A stretch of 60,475 bases of DNA from an uncultured Clostridia bacterium (GTDB lineage: Bacteria; Bacillota; Clostridia; Christensenellales; CAG-314). The stretch's first letter is position 1. Each line of letters starts with the position of its first letter. The stretch covers positions 1-60,475 of the forward strand of contig CANQJK010000002.1 of NCBI GenBank assembly GCA_947624235.1. Reading direction: 5' to 3'. Position numbers and translations under genes: made by a program. Below the pieces are notes generated by a model. It did no database searches. It saw only the letters and a program-made list of their open reading frames with translations, and was not told the DNA's origin. Below, piece by piece: positions 47,959 through 58,410 of this stretch.

Positions 47959-49594
47959 CAAATTGCATTTACAGTTTCCGCAATACGGCGATTTGCGTAT
48001 GAGAGAAATTCGCGTTGACAAACAGGCGCGGAAAGTTTTTTGCACCCTTTCCTATCCCGATGACGGAACACTGGACAACAATGCAAAACAACTTGTCACG
48101 TCCTACATTGCAACGCTTATCCCAAAGGGATACGGTTGTTCCGTAAAATATGTGATAGACTCTTTTACCGAAGTGAGTTTTCAACTCAATCTTTTCGAAT
48201 ACATAAAAAATCGCTATCCCATCTATTCCAACATTGGCAGAAACCGTATCGTCGTACACATTGTAAACAAGCAAATAACAGCCGTTTTCAACGTCGGCGC
48301 CACCACAAAGAGGAATATGGAAATTGCACAATTGTGCGAAAAGCTCGCGGATTTTTACGACGGATATACAAGTTACGACGTCAACTTTGTATTGCAACTG
48401 GACGATACCGCGCCTGCTCTTGCCAACGTTGAAGAACAGGAAAAGCTTGTGCAACTTGCCATCAACAGAGAACTGCTTAAACCTTCGCGCTATTTTCATA
48501 TAGAAGTGTACAAAACCGTTTTCGGCAAGGAGATAAATGCGTCGCCGATGTACATTTCCGACGTACGTAAACCCATGGACATCGGCGTTTTGTGCGGAAA
48601 AGTTTCGGGCAAAACTTGCCGTCAGTCGAAAAAAAATCCCAATCTGTATGTCTGTTCGTTTGCTTTGACGGACAACACGGGCGTAACGATAAATTGCGTG
48701 CTTTTTTGCCGTATGCAAATAACGGACGTGGAAACCATAATGAGCGAAACGGGCAGGGGCGAAGCGGAGGCAAGGACGCTTTCGGAAAAAAGGGCGTTGT
48801 CAAACGAAAAAAAACTGCAATCGTTGAAGTCTCTTGCCGACGGTTTCTCGGTCGTCGTGCGTGGAAAAATCACCTACGGGCAGAACGATCAACTTGAAAT
48901 GCACGTATACGATCTGTGTAAATGCAAAATTTATCCTGTTTCTCCCGACAAAGAATTTAACCGCGCGGTTGCCGACAAGTATTTGCTTGTTACCCCTGAG
49001 GATTGCAGGGAATACAAACAGTTGAATTTTGTGGAGAATATATCGACGGAAAACTCTATACTAAACGACAGAAAATTCGTCGTTTTGCATGTCAACGCAA
49101 CGGGGCTTGGCAATGCGGTAGAGGACAAGCTTGTTGCCCTTTGCGCTGTGAGCGTGGAGAATGGCAAAGTCGCAGAGCGGTTTTTCACATATATCAACCC
49201 CGAAAAGGAACTTGGCGACACAAGGATGCTGAATAACTGCGGAGTGCAAAAAGATAGGTTGATATTTTATCCCACGATAACTGAGATCATCTCCGATTTG
49301 TACAAATTTACCTACGATCACGAGTTGGTGGGCAATGATTTGGAACATATCGTCGCGCTTTTGGATTATTACGCTTCGCCGATGAACTATCGTTTTGACA
49401 ATCGAAAAGTCGTGCAGGCGGAGTTGTTGTCGCAGTTGTTGGAAAACAGCATTATCGAGGGCAACGTCAACGTGTCCAAAATCGAGGATCTGGCAAAAAA
49501 ATGTAAAGTTCCCTGCCACAATTCGGTTTTTTGCCGTGATACCGCCCTGACGATCGCTCGTTGTATGAGCATACTTTCTTCTTGTAGCAAGTAA
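47948..49594 (+). CDS. PolC-derived protein: PolC-like N-terminal region, OB-like block and degenerate DEDDh exonuclease-like domain, with no PHP or polymerase domains
   Basis: It sits at the conserved polC position upstream of rimP-nusA but is only 548 aa. The ExoI-like block reads 'FVVLHVNATGL' (canonical FDVETTGL), with 'KLVALCAVSVENGKVAERFFTYINP' downstream. The ExoII-like block reads 'LVGNDLEHIVALL' (canonical LVAHNASFDxxFL). The ExoIII-like block reads 'CHNSVFCRDTALT'. The OB-like block runs 'VLCGKVSGK...FALTDNTGVTINCVLF...VVVRGKITYGQNDQLEMHVYDL'. Homology is judged by eye only. Confidence 0.6.
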   Translation: MIIDKLHLQFPQYGDLRMREIRVDKQARKVFCTLSYPDDGTLDNNAKQLVTSYIATLIPKGYGCSVKYVIDSFTEVSFQLNLFEYIKNRYPIYSNIGRNRIVVHIVNKQITAVFNVGATTKRNMEIAQLCEKLADFYDGYTSYDVNFVLQLDDTAPALANVEEQEKLVQLAINRELLKPSRYFHIEVYKTVFGKEINASPMYISDVRKPMDIGVLCGKVSGKTCRQSKKNPNLYVCSFALTDNTGVTINCVLFCRMQITDVETIMSETGRGEAEARTLSEKRALSNEKKLQSLKSLADGFSVVVRGKITYGQNDQLEMHVYDLCKCKIYPVSPDKEFNRAVADKYLLVTPEDCREYKQLNFVENISTENSILNDRKFVVLHVNATGLGNAVEDKLVALCAVSVENGKVAERFFTYINPEKELGDTRMLNNCGVQKDRLIFYPTITEIISDLYKFTYDHELVGNDLEHIVALLDYYASPMNYRFDNRKVVQAELLSQLLENSIIEGNVNVSKIEDLAKKCKVPCHNSVFCRDTALTIARCMSILSSCSK

Positions 49595-49618
49595 GTTTAT
49601 ATATTTTTATATAAACAG

Positions 49619-49647
49619 TTGTCAAACCGTTTTTAATGTGGTATAAT
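49619..49647 (+). promoter_or_regulatory. Sigma-A-type promoter for the rimP-nusA-infB operon
   Basis: TTGTCA(49619-49624), 17 nt, TATAAT(49642-49647), with TGg upstream (extended -10). Confidence 0.55.
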
Positions 49648-49744
49648 AAAAACAACAAACTGTGAAGTTTGTCGTAACTGCGTCATTGCACGCCAATGCG
49701 TACATGTATGCGGTGGTATTTCGCCAAATAATCGTTTACTTGGT

Positions 49745-49769
49745 GAGAGTGGAGGCTATCTCCACTCTC
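49745..49769 (+). promoter_or_regulatory. Perfect 10-bp stem-loop in the rimP leader
   Basis: gagagtggag(49745-49754), loop gctat, ctccactctc(49760-49769). No U-tract follows. It ends 11 nt before the aaggagg RBS. Confidence 0.6.
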
Positions 49770-49790
49770 AACTTGATGTAAGGAGGTTTT

Positions 49791-50249
49791 ATGGGAAAAG
49801 TATCCGACAGCGTTTACGAGCTCGTTGCGCCTATCGCCGAAAGTTTCGGGTTGGAGGTGATAGAGGTGCTGTACGAAAAAAAATACGACGGTATGAATCT
49901 CACTATTGTAATTGATAAGGACGGAGGAGTTACCATTGACGACTGCGAAAAATTGCACCGAGCGATAGACGCGCCTTTGGACGAACTGGATCCTATCGAT
50001 ACGGCTTACATTCTTAACGTGTCTTCTCCGGGTATCGATCGTCCGCTCAAAACGGAACGCGATTACAAAAGGAACCTCAACAAGAAAATTTCCGTGCGAC
50101 TGTACAAACCGCAGGACGGGAAAAAAATATATGACGGAATACTGGTCGCATTTGACGACGAAACGCTCACCGTAGAGTTGAAAAACGGAAATAAAATTAC
50201 ATTTTACAAAAAAGATACGGCAAAGATCGAGCCTATCATCGAGTTTTAG
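49791..50249 (+). CDS. rimP: Ribosome maturation factor RimP
   Basis: 'LEVIEVLYEKKYDGMNLTIVIDKDGGVTIDDCEKLHRAID', 'LNVSSPGIDRPLK'. Confidence 0.92.
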   Translation: MGKVSDSVYELVAPIAESFGLEVIEVLYEKKYDGMNLTIVIDKDGGVTIDDCEKLHRAIDAPLDELDPIDTAYILNVSSPGIDRPLKTERDYKRNLNKKISVRLYKPQDGKKIYDGILVAFDDETLTVELKNGNKITFYKKDTAKIEPIIEF

Positions 50250-50261
50250 GAGGACAGATTT

Positions 50262-51347
50262 ATGATCAGCAAAGAATTCTTTCTCGCACTGGACGAGCTG
50301 GAAGAGGTAAAGGGTATCAGTAAGGAAAAAGTTATCGAATCCTTGGAAACCGCTTTGACTATCGCCTGCAAAAAGAACTACGGCGAAGCATCCAATATCA
50401 CGGTAAAGATCAACCCCGAGAAATATACTATTCGCGTATTCATCTGCAAGACCGTTGTGGAAACGGTGGAAACTCCCGAGAAGGAAATTTCCTTGGAGGA
50501 CGCTCACGCAATCAAGAAAACGTACAAGTTGGGCGACGAAGTGCTGACGGAGATCGATCCTCGCGGATTCGGACGTATTGCGGCGCAAAATGCAAGACAG
50601 GTCATCATGAATAGCCTGCACCAGGCGGAAAAGGATGTCACATACAGCCAGTATATGGACAAAGAAAACGAGCTGTTGATAGGCGTCGTGTCGCGAATAA
50701 AAGACGACGGCACGATCTACGTTGAGATCGGCAAAAACCAAATGGAAGGCGTGTTGACCACTCAGGAACAGATCCCGGGCGAAAAATTCCATGTCGGGGA
50801 CAAAATAAAGGTTTTGGTAAAGCGCGTCCGCGACGGCGTGGGCGGAACGCAAGTTATGCTTTCGCGCGCGAGCTACATGTTTATCAAACGCCTGTTTGAA
50901 AACGAAGTGCCCGAAATTCGCGCCGAAATAGTGCAGATAAAGAGCATCGTCCGCGAGGCAGGTTTCCGCACCAAAATGGCGGTGTATTCCACCGATCCCG
51001 ACATCGACGCCGTGGGCGCTTGCGTGGGCAACAAAGGTGCGCGCGTAAACGCTATCGTTGCGGAAATCGGCGGTGAAAAAATCGATATCATACCTTGGAG
51101 CAGCGATATTTTGGACTATATAGCCAGAGCGTTGTCTCCCGCCAAAGTGTTGATCGTCCAAGCCGACGAAGAAAACAAAGAAGCAAAAGTAGTCGTTCCC
51201 GACGAGAAACTTTCCCTTGCCATAGGTAAAGAGGGGCAAAACGCTCGTCTTGCCGCCAAACTTACGGGTTGGAAGATAGACGTTAAATCTTATACGGCTG
51301 CATTGCAGAGCGGTATGTTCGACAATGACGAGGGGGATCCCGATTGA
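50262..51347 (+). CDS. nusA: Transcription termination/antitermination factor NusA
   Basis: N-terminal '[27 protein letters not shown]', an S1 domain, and two KH domains ('[14 protein letters not shown]' and '[23 protein letters not shown]'). Confidence 0.95.
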   Translation: MISKEFFLALDELEEVKGISKEKVIESLETALTIACKKNYGEASNITVKINPEKYTIRVFICKTVVETVETPEKEISLEDAHAIKKTYKLGDEVLTEIDPRGFGRIAAQNARQVIMNSLHQAEKDVTYSQYMDKENELLIGVVSRIKDDGTIYVEIGKNQMEGVLTTQEQIPGEKFHVGDKIKVLVKRVRDGVGGTQVMLSRASYMFIKRLFENEVPEIRAEIVQIKSIVREAGFRTKMAVYSTDPDIDAVGACVGNKGARVNAIVAEIGGEKIDIIPWSSDILDYIARALSPAKVLIVQADEENKEAKVVVPDEKLSLAIGKEGQNARLAAKLTGWKIDVKSYTAALQSGMFDNDEGDPD

Positions 51348-51604
51348 AAACCGCAAAAAAAATCCCCGAAAGAATGTGCGTTTCCTGCCGTGAGATGAAG
51401 CCCAAGGCGGAACTTATACGCATTGTGAATTCGTTAGAAGGCGTCAAGGTGGATCTTACGGGCAAAATGAACGGCAGAGGCGTATATCTTTGCAAAAGCG
51501 AAGAGTGTGTGCGCAAGGCGCTCAAAAACAAGGGCTTTGTGAAGCAAAACGGTTTTTCGCTGGAAGAAGTTGCAACGCAGTTGGAGAGTTTGATTGAAAG
51601 ATAA
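51344..51604 (+). CDS. ylxR: YlxR (DUF448) RNA-binding protein
   Basis: 'ERMCVSCREMKPKAELIRIV', 'GRGVYLC'. Conserved after nusA. TTG start overlapping the nusA stop. Confidence 0.85.
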   Translation: MKTAKKIPERMCVSCREMKPKAELIRIVNSLEGVKVDLTGKMNGRGVYLCKSEECVRKALKNKGFVKQNGFSLEEVATQLESLIER

Positions 51605-51944
51605 AACGGAAACATATATCGGCTTTGCCATAAAAAAGCGAGCGGTAATATTCGGCGTAAACGCGATCGTCAAACAATTGCAACGCGCAAATAACAAGAT
51701 CTGCCTTATCTTGCTTACAAAAACATTGTCCGACAACTCTGTCAAACAGATCTTCAACGCAGTCAACATAGACTGTCGGGAGGACGGAGCGTGCGCCGAA
51801 GTTGTGCCGAAATCCGTTTCTCGGGCAAGCGACATACCCACTGCCTTTGTAAATGAGTACGATATACTGGTGCAACGCAACTGCAAAGCAATCGCCATTT
51901 GCGACAAAGAACTTGCAAATGCTATTTTGAAAAATTTGAAGTAG
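51594..51944 (+). CDS. ylxQ: L7Ae-family protein YlxQ-like
   Basis: Position between ylxR and infB. 'IGFAIKKRAVIFGVNAIVKQLQRANNKICLILLTK' fits the L7Ae/YlxQ pattern. Confidence 0.7.
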   Translation: MKDKTETYIGFAIKKRAVIFGVNAIVKQLQRANNKICLILLTKTLSDNSVKQIFNAVNIDCREDGACAEVVPKSVSRASDIPTAFVNEYDILVQRNCKAIAICDKELANAILKNLK

Positions 51945-51962
51945 ATGCCAAGGGAGGAAAAT

Positions 51963-54521
51963 ATGGCAAATACAACAACACAAAAAAGTAAATATGAAAA
52001 TATCAGAACGATCAAAACGGGTGTTTTGAGCGTGGCGCGCGCCATGCAACAAAAAGTTACGTCCGTAAGGCAACGCGCAAACGCTTTGTCGGATATGATA
52101 AAGCAACGCAAAGCGGAATTTCAGCAGATGGAAGAGGCTTCGGCAAGCGAAACCTTGCAAGAAACCGTTGTCGAAACGACGGAACAAGTTGCTCCCGAAG
52201 TCGTGGAGCAACCGAGCGAACCGATCGTTGAAGAACGACCTGTCGAAACACCTGTTGTCGAAGCCGTCGAAACGGAAACGCCCGAGGTCGTCGAAGAAAA
52301 ACCCAAAACGAAAGTCGTCACTACGATCGAAAACGGTCGTGAAATAAAGACATACACTGACGAAAAAGGTAACGTAAGGGTAAGAAAATTTGTTGATCTG
52401 TCTGCCAATTCCTCCAAGTCGGGCAAATCACAACAAGGCGCAAAAAGGGATGAACGCGCGCCCTCTGCACGTCAAGGCAAAACAGGCAAGGCGGAGCCAC
52501 AAAATGCTTCGCGCGGAACTTCTACGCGTACGGGACAGCAATCGGGAGCAAAGAGATTTACTGCGCCCGTCGAAGTACCCCGTCCAGAACCGCAAAAGTC
52601 GCACGGCAACAAAAACAAAACAAAAGATCGTCCCGAAGAAAAGCGCACAAGCAGTTTGAAAAAGAGCCTCATAACGCGCGATTACTCCGCAGATTACGAC
52701 GAGGACAAGGTGGTGCGCAGGGCACGCTCCAAAAAGACGGATACGTCGCATACCGTTGTGGCGCCCAAGATCACTCATGCCGTAGTAAACGACAGCGAAG
52801 TGCCTATCAAAGTGTTGAGCGAAAAGATCGGCGTGTCCGCGTCGGAGATAATCAAGCAACTTTTCAAAGAGGGTATCATGAAAACCATCAATGATACCGT
52901 TGATTTTGACTACGCCGAATATATTGCGGGCATGCACGGAGTGACGCTGGAACTTAAACAGGAAATGACTGCCGAGGAGATAATTTCCAATGCGGAAACG
53001 GACGACGGTTTGGAAAACAACACCAAACGTCCTCCCATTGTTACCGTTATGGGACACGTTGACCACGGCAAAACGTCGCTTTTGGACGCTATTCGCAACA
53101 CAAACGTTACAAGCGGAGAAGCAGGTGGTATAACACAACATATCGGAGCGTACACGGTAGACGTCAACGGTGAAACGATCACCTTTATCGATACTCCGGG
53201 ACACGCCGCATTTACTGCAATGCGCGCTCGCGGTGCAAAAATCACGGACGTTGCGATAATCGTTGTGGCCGCGGACGATGGCGTTATGCCTCAAACGATA
53301 GAGGCTATAAATCACGCAAAGGCCGCTGGCGTGTCCATTGTGGTCGCCATAAACAAAATGGACAAACCGCACATCGATCCCGACAGAGTGAAGCAACAAC
53401 TTACGGAATACGAACTTGTGCCGGAAGAATGGGGTGGTGATACCATTATGGTCCCTGTTTCCGCAAAGACGGGCATGGGATTGGATAAATTGTTGGAAAG
53501 CGTTTTGCTCGTTACGGAAATAAAGGATCTCAAAGCAAATCCCGCAAAGCGTGCGACAGGTACGGTCATCGAAGCCAAGTTGGACAAGGGCAGAGGTCCC
53601 GTTGCTACGATTTTGGTAAGCAACGGAACGTTGAATGTTGGCGACAGCCTTATCGCAGGTTATGCAACGGGCAAGATACGCGCCATGTTTGACGACAAGG
53701 GAAAGAAAGTCAAGAGCGCAGGTCCGTCGATGCCTGTGGAGGTGCTTGGTTTTTCGGAGGTTCCGCAAGCGGGAGACTTTATGTATGTCGCCGACGACAG
53801 ACTTGTCAAAAAGGCCGCCGAAGAGCGTAAAAACAAAATCAAATTGGAAAACGCGCGTCAAACGCCTTCGCTCAATTTGGGCGATCTGTTCGGGCGCATT
53901 TCCGAAGGACAACTCAAAACGCTTAATCTCATCATCAAAACAGATGTTCAGGGCAGTTTGGAAGCGTTGAAGGGCAGTTTGGAAAAGATATCCAACGACG
54001 AAGTGAAAGTAAGCGCAATACACGGTGGCGTGGGAGCGATAACCGAAACGGACGTTATGCTTGCCAAAGCGTCGGAAGCCATAGTTATTGGGTTCAATGT
54101 TCGTGCGGACAACAATGCCAAGGCTCTTGCAGAAAAAGAGGGCGTAGATATACGTCTGTATAACGTCATTTACGACGCCGTAGACGACGTGACAATGGCA
54201 ATGAAGGGACTTCTTGCTCCGAAATATCGCGAAACCGTCCTGGGAAGCGCAGAAGTGCGTGAGGTGTTCAAGATCACAGGTGTCGGCGCCGTTGCGGGAT
54301 GTTATGTTACCAACGGCAAGGTCGTGCGTAATGGTAAAGTGCGCATCTACCGCAATGACGTATGTATTTACGACGGCAACATTCTTGCCCTGAAACGTTT
54401 CAAAGATGACGTCAAAGAGGTCGCCTCGGGGTATGAGTGCGGTATTTCTATCGAAAACTACAACGATATCAAGATCGGTGACGTTTTTGAAATTTATCTT
54501 ATGGAAGAAATACAACAATGA
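51963..54521 (+). CDS. infB: Translation initiation factor IF-2
   Basis: G domain '[17 protein letters not shown]', 'DTPGHAAF', 'NKMDK', with a low-complexity acidic/basic N-terminal region. ATG 51963 follows agggagg; an upstream in-frame ATG at 51945 is possible. Confidence 0.95.
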   Translation: MANTTTQKSKYENIRTIKTGVLSVARAMQQKVTSVRQRANALSDMIKQRKAEFQQMEEASASETLQETVVETTEQVAPEVVEQPSEPIVEERPVETPVVEAVETETPEVVEEKPKTKVVTTIENGREIKTYTDEKGNVRVRKFVDLSANSSKSGKSQQGAKRDERAPSARQGKTGKAEPQNASRGTSTRTGQQSGAKRFTAPVEVPRPEPQKSHGNKNKTKDRPEEKRTSSLKKSLITRDYSADYDEDKVVRRARSKKTDTSHTVVAPKITHAVVNDSEVPIKVLSEKIGVSASEIIKQLFKEGIMKTINDTVDFDYAEYIAGMHGVTLELKQEMTAEEIISNAETDDGLENNTKRPPIVTVMGHVDHGKTSLLDAIRNTNVTSGEAGGITQHIGAYTVDVNGETITFIDTPGHAAFTAMRARGAKITDVAIIVVAADDGVMPQTIEAINHAKAAGVSIVVAINKMDKPHIDPDRVKQQLTEYELVPEEWGGDTIMVPVSAKTGMGLDKLLESVLLVTEIKDLKANPAKRATGTVIEAKLDKGRGPVATILVSNGTLNVGDSLIAGYATGKIRAMFDDKGKKVKSAGPSMPVEVLGFSEVPQAGDFMYVADDRLVKKAAEERKNKIKLENARQTPSLNLGDLFGRISEGQLKTLNLIIKTDVQGSLEALKGSLEKISNDEVKVSAIHGGVGAITETDVMLAKASEAIVIGFNVRADNNAKALAEKEGVDIRLYNVIYDAVDDVTMAMKGLLAPKYRETVLGSAEVREVFKITGVGAVAGCYVTNGKVVRNGKVRIYRNDVCIYDGNILALKRFKDDVKEVASGYECGISIENYNDIKIGDVFEIYLMEEIQQ

Positions 54522-54877
54522 ATGTAAGAACAGACAAGCTCAACTCGGAATTTAAGCGCTTGATAGCGGAGATTCTCACAAAAAAAGTAAAAGATCCTCG
54601 TATCACGGAGATGTTTACGGTACTCGACGTGCAATGTGACCGCGAACTTTCTTCTGCCAAGGTCTTTATCAGCGTGTACTCGACCGATCCCGAAAAAGCG
54701 GTGCAAACTTTTCTTGCTTTGAGAGATAACGAGGCGATCGTGCGCAGAGAAGTTTCCAAAACCATGCACATACGCAAGGTGCCCGAATTCAGATTTATTT
54801 TGGATACCTCCCTTGCTTATGGTCAAAAAATAGACGAATTGCTAAATGAACTCGGCAAAAAAGACGGCAACAGTTAG
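54518..54877 (+). CDS. rbfA: Ribosome-binding factor A
   Basis: '[14 protein letters not shown]', '[27 protein letters not shown]', 'VPEFRFILD'. Confidence 0.93.
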   Translation: MNVRTDKLNSEFKRLIAEILTKKVKDPRITEMFTVLDVQCDRELSSAKVFISVYSTDPEKAVQTFLALRDNEAIVRREVSKTMHIRKVPEFRFILDTSLAYGQKIDELLNELGKKDGNS

Positions 54878-55811
54878 TTCTGTTTGCAAATTGTTGTTAA
54901 ATAATAACAGTTTTGCGATATTTGCGCACACAAATCCCGACGGCGACACTTTGGGATCTTGCGTTGCGCTTGCATTGGCATTGAGATCGCTCGGGAAAAG
55001 CGCAAATCTTTTCTGCGATATGTTGCCCGACGCAAAACTGTGCAATTCCTTTGGAGAGATAGGCCAGTTTTCTCAGAAATTTTTCGGGAAATACGACATG
55101 TTTGTATCTGTGGATTGCGGAGACATTTTCAGATTGGGTGAATTCGCTTCGCTGTATGACAATTTCGGCGAAACGCTTACGCTCGATCATCATGGCGGAG
55201 AATATTTTTCCAGATACAATTTGGTGACCAACTACGCCAGCACAAGTCAAATTATTTTCGAAGTGGTAAAACAGTTGTCTGTTCCCATCGACGATAAATT
55301 GGCTACATATCTGTACATGGGGTTGTGCACGGATACAGGCAATTTTTCTCACAACAACACCGATAAATCTTGCTTTTTGATGGCGTCTGTTTTGTGCGAA
55401 CACAATGCCCAAATGGAAAAAGTCAACCGCGTGTTTTTTAAGGATACGACGCTGACGGAGACAAAACTTCTTGCCCGTGCGCTGAGTCGCATGCGAATGT
55501 ATTACGACGGAAAAATGGCGCTGATGTACCTCACTTCGGCAGATCTGCGAGAACTGGGTGCAGATTTTTCTGCGACATCGGGGATAGTGCAATATGCAAT
55601 AAACATTGACACTGCCAAGGCGGGTGTAATGATGACGGAATACGCCCCTAACGTATTCAAAGTAAGCATGCGCGGAAAAGACTTCTCCGTAAGAGATATT
55701 TGCCGTGAGTTCGGCGGTGGCGGACATCTTTATGCGGCGGGGTGTATGATAAGCGGTTTTCTCGAAGATGTAATAGAAAAAATAGTGCGGGTAGTGGGTT
55801 ATACGATATGA
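54846..55811 (+). CDS. nrnA: DHH/DHHA1 phosphoesterase (NrnA-like oligoribonuclease/pAp phosphatase)
   Basis: 'FAHTNPDGDTLGS', 'TLDHHG', 'EFGGGGHLYAAG'. Confidence 0.85.
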   Translation: MNSAKKTATVSSVCKLLLNNNSFAIFAHTNPDGDTLGSCVALALALRSLGKSANLFCDMLPDAKLCNSFGEIGQFSQKFFGKYDMFVSVDCGDIFRLGEFASLYDNFGETLTLDHHGGEYFSRYNLVTNYASTSQIIFEVVKQLSVPIDDKLATYLYMGLCTDTGNFSHNNTDKSCFLMASVLCEHNAQMEKVNRVFFKDTTLTETKLLARALSRMRMYYDGKMALMYLTSADLRELGADFSATSGIVQYAINIDTAKAGVMMTEYAPNVFKVSMRGKDFSVRDICREFGGGGHLYAAGCMISGFLEDVIEKIVRVVGYTI

Positions 55812-56665
55812 ACGGCTTTTTCAATGTGCTTAAACCTGTCGGCGCAACGGCAAGCGACGTGGTGGTGTGTCTTAAATATGCGCTTCACGAAAAGAAGATC
55901 GGTCATCTCGGCACGCTCGATCCGGGAGCAAGCGGTGTTTTGCCGATAGCCGTCGGGTTGGGTACAAGGCTATTCAACTTTCTTACGAACAAAATCAAGT
56001 ATTACCGCGCATTCCTGACCTTTGGCAAAAGCACGGATACGCTTGACGCGTACGGTTCGATAGTTCAAACCTGTTCGGAAATACCTTCGCAGGAAACGTT
56101 GCGCGAAGTTTTGAAAACTTTTGTCGGAAACCTCAAACAAACTCCCCCTGCCTATTCCGCTATTTCCGTGGGCGGAGTCCGTTCCTACAAATTGGCGCGA
56201 CAGGGCGAAAGCGTGGAATTGAAACCTCGCGACGTTACCGTGTACGATATCGAACTTGTTCGTCAGGCGAGCGATGACACTTTTGTCGTGGATATCAAGT
56301 GTAGCGGAGGTACATATATACGCTCCCTTGCGCGAGATATTGCTACTCGGTGCGGTACGGTGGGCTATATGAGCGGACTGATACGTTTGGCGTCGGGTTG
56401 TTTTGACATAAAAGACGCCTATACAATCGCGGAGATAAAAGAAAAAAAAGAATCCTGTCTTTTGGATATACGCTTTCCCTTATCCGACGTCGAAGATTAC
56501 ATAGTAGACGACGACAAATGGGAAGATTTGAATAACGGACGCAGGGTAAAGGCGGAAAACTTTGACGGTTATCGAAAAATCTTCTGCAAAGATGTTTTTT
56601 GGGGTTTGGCAAAGTCGCAAAAAGGATACCTTGTGTTGGATTACTACTTGAAAAACGCGCAATAG
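55808..56665 (+). CDS. truB: tRNA pseudouridine55 synthase
   Basis: 'KPVGATASDVV', 'KIGHLGTLDPGASGVLPI' (catalytic Asp), 'QTPPAYSAI'. ATGA overlap with nrnA. Confidence 0.93.
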   Translation: MNGFFNVLKPVGATASDVVVCLKYALHEKKIGHLGTLDPGASGVLPIAVGLGTRLFNFLTNKIKYYRAFLTFGKSTDTLDAYGSIVQTCSEIPSQETLREVLKTFVGNLKQTPPAYSAISVGGVRSYKLARQGESVELKPRDVTVYDIELVRQASDDTFVVDIKCSGGTYIRSLARDIATRCGTVGYMSGLIRLASGCFDIKDAYTIAEIKEKKESCLLDIRFPLSDVEDYIVDDDKWEDLNNGRRVKAENFDGYRKIFCKDVFWGLAKSQKGYLVLDYYLKNAQ

Positions 56666-56672
56666 GAGAAAA

Positions 56673-57584
56673 GTGCAACAAATCGAATTCGGAAAAAAAC
56701 TCAATTGCCCGATAGTTCTGTGTTTGGGATATTTCGGTTGCATGCACAACGGACATGTAAAATTGGTGGAAGTTGCGCAGGAGCGTGCACGAAAAACGGG
56801 CGCAAAACTCGCCCTGTTTACGTTCAGCAACAATCATCTCAAATTTTTGGGCAAAGATACGGGCGTGGTGTACACGTTTGAAGAACGCTTGCATTTGTAC
56901 GAAAGCTTGGGCGTGGACGTCGTTTTATCTGCGGAGTTCGATGAACATTTTCGTTCTCAAACAGGAGAACAATTTGTTTTGGCGTTAAAAAAATATGCGC
57001 TCAACGGCGTTGTTTGCGGTTTCGATTACACTTTCGGGAAAGATCGTTTGGGTGGCAAGTGCCTTCAAACACTGCTCAGCGACACATGTCCCGTCGATAT
57101 CGTAGACGCAATTTGTTGGGACGGAGTCAAAATAAGCACTACATTAGTGCGAAAATTGCTTTCGCAAGACAAAATAGAGGCGGTAAATAACATTTTATCC
57201 GAACCGTTTTTTGTGGAAGGAAAGGTGGTGTCGGGCAGACATATCGGCACTGAAATGGGATTTCCCACCGCCAATGTGCAGGTTGATGCGGACAAGGTGT
57301 TGCCAATAGGCGTGTTTGGTGCCGTTGTATCGACGGATGGAAAAACATATCGAGCCATTGTCAATATCGGTCAAAAGCCGACTTTCGATCTTGATTGCGT
57401 CAACATAGAAGCGCATTTGATAGGATTTGAGGGAGATCTGTACGACAAACATCTCAAAATAAGCCTGCTAAAATTTTTGCGTCCTATATGTAAGTTTGAC
57501 AGCAAAGAAGATCTTGCCGAACAGTTGAAAAAAGACAGGGAAGAAGTGCAAAATGATCAGATTCGGACCGAGCGGAAATTGTAA
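56673..57584 (+). CDS. ribF: Bifunctional riboflavin kinase / FMN adenylyltransferase
   Basis: 'LGYFGCMHNGHVKLV' in the FMNAT domain. In the kinase domain: 'GKVVSGRHIGTEMGFPTAN' and 'IEAHLIGFEGDLY'. Confidence 0.92.
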   Translation: MQQIEFGKKLNCPIVLCLGYFGCMHNGHVKLVEVAQERARKTGAKLALFTFSNNHLKFLGKDTGVVYTFEERLHLYESLGVDVVLSAEFDEHFRSQTGEQFVLALKKYALNGVVCGFDYTFGKDRLGGKCLQTLLSDTCPVDIVDAICWDGVKISTTLVRKLLSQDKIEAVNNILSEPFFVEGKVVSGRHIGTEMGFPTANVQVDADKVLPIGVFGAVVSTDGKTYRAIVNIGQKPTFDLDCVNIEAHLIGFEGDLYDKHLKISLLKFLRPICKFDSKEDLAEQLKKDREEVQNDQIRTERKL

Positions 57585-58398
57585 AAGATTTTATGACGAA
57601 GGACATATATCCAGCGTTGACGCGCCCAAATGGCTGGCAGAGCAGGGATTGACCGCATACGAGTACTCCTTTGGCAGGGGTATCAACATCAGCAACGAAA
57701 AAGCCAACGCAATAGGCGAATTGGGAAAACTTTACGATGTCGCAATTTCGGTACACGCTCCGTACTACATCAACTTTGCCAATCCCTCGGATGAAATGGC
57801 GGAAAAATCTTTCGGATATGTGCTTCGCAGTTGCGAAAAGGTGCGCGCTTTTTACGGCAACAGGGTGGTTTTTCACCCCTCCACGGTGGGCAAAATGACT
57901 CGACAAGACGCCGTAGAACTGACCAAAAAGCGCATTTCCGTGCTTGCCAAACTCATTGTCGAACACAAAATGGACGACTGCATTTTCTGTCCTGAAACAA
58001 TGGGAAAAATAAATCAAATCGGCGACGTGGAAGAAGTGACGGAGTTTTGCAAACTTGCGGATTTCTTCATTCCCACGATCGACTTCGGGCACTTAAACGC
58101 TCGCACCTACGGAAGTATCAAAACAGAGGAAGATTACGAACAGATAATTGCCTACTTGATAAATAATTTGGGTTACGAACGCACGAAAAAAGTTCATATA
58201 CATTTTTCCAAAATCGAATATTCGGCAGGAGGAGAGGTAAAACACTTGACTTTTGCAGATACTGTGTTCGGTCCCGAATTCGAACCGTTGGCGAAAGTAC
58301 TTAAAAAATACAAGTTGGAGCCTGTCGTAATTTGCGAATCGGACGGCACCCAAGCCGACGACGCTCTTGCAATGAAAAGCATCTATGAAAACATATAA
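57553..58398 (+). CDS. TIM-barrel AP-endonuclease-family-2 / Endo IV-like protein
   Basis: 'ISVHAPYYINFANP', 'VVFHPS', 'CPETMGK', 'DFGHLNA' and 'HIHFS' resemble the metal-ligand blocks of endonuclease IV-type xylose-isomerase-fold proteins. Confidence 0.65.
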   Translation: MIRFGPSGNCKRFYDEGHISSVDAPKWLAEQGLTAYEYSFGRGINISNEKANAIGELGKLYDVAISVHAPYYINFANPSDEMAEKSFGYVLRSCEKVRAFYGNRVVFHPSTVGKMTRQDAVELTKKRISVLAKLIVEHKMDDCIFCPETMGKINQIGDVEEVTEFCKLADFFIPTIDFGHLNARTYGSIKTEEDYEQIIAYLINNLGYERTKKVHIHFSKIEYSAGGEVKHLTFADTVFGPEFEPLAKVLKKYKLEPVVICESDGTQADDALAMKSIYENI

Positions 58399-58410
58399 TA
58401 GGGAGGTATT

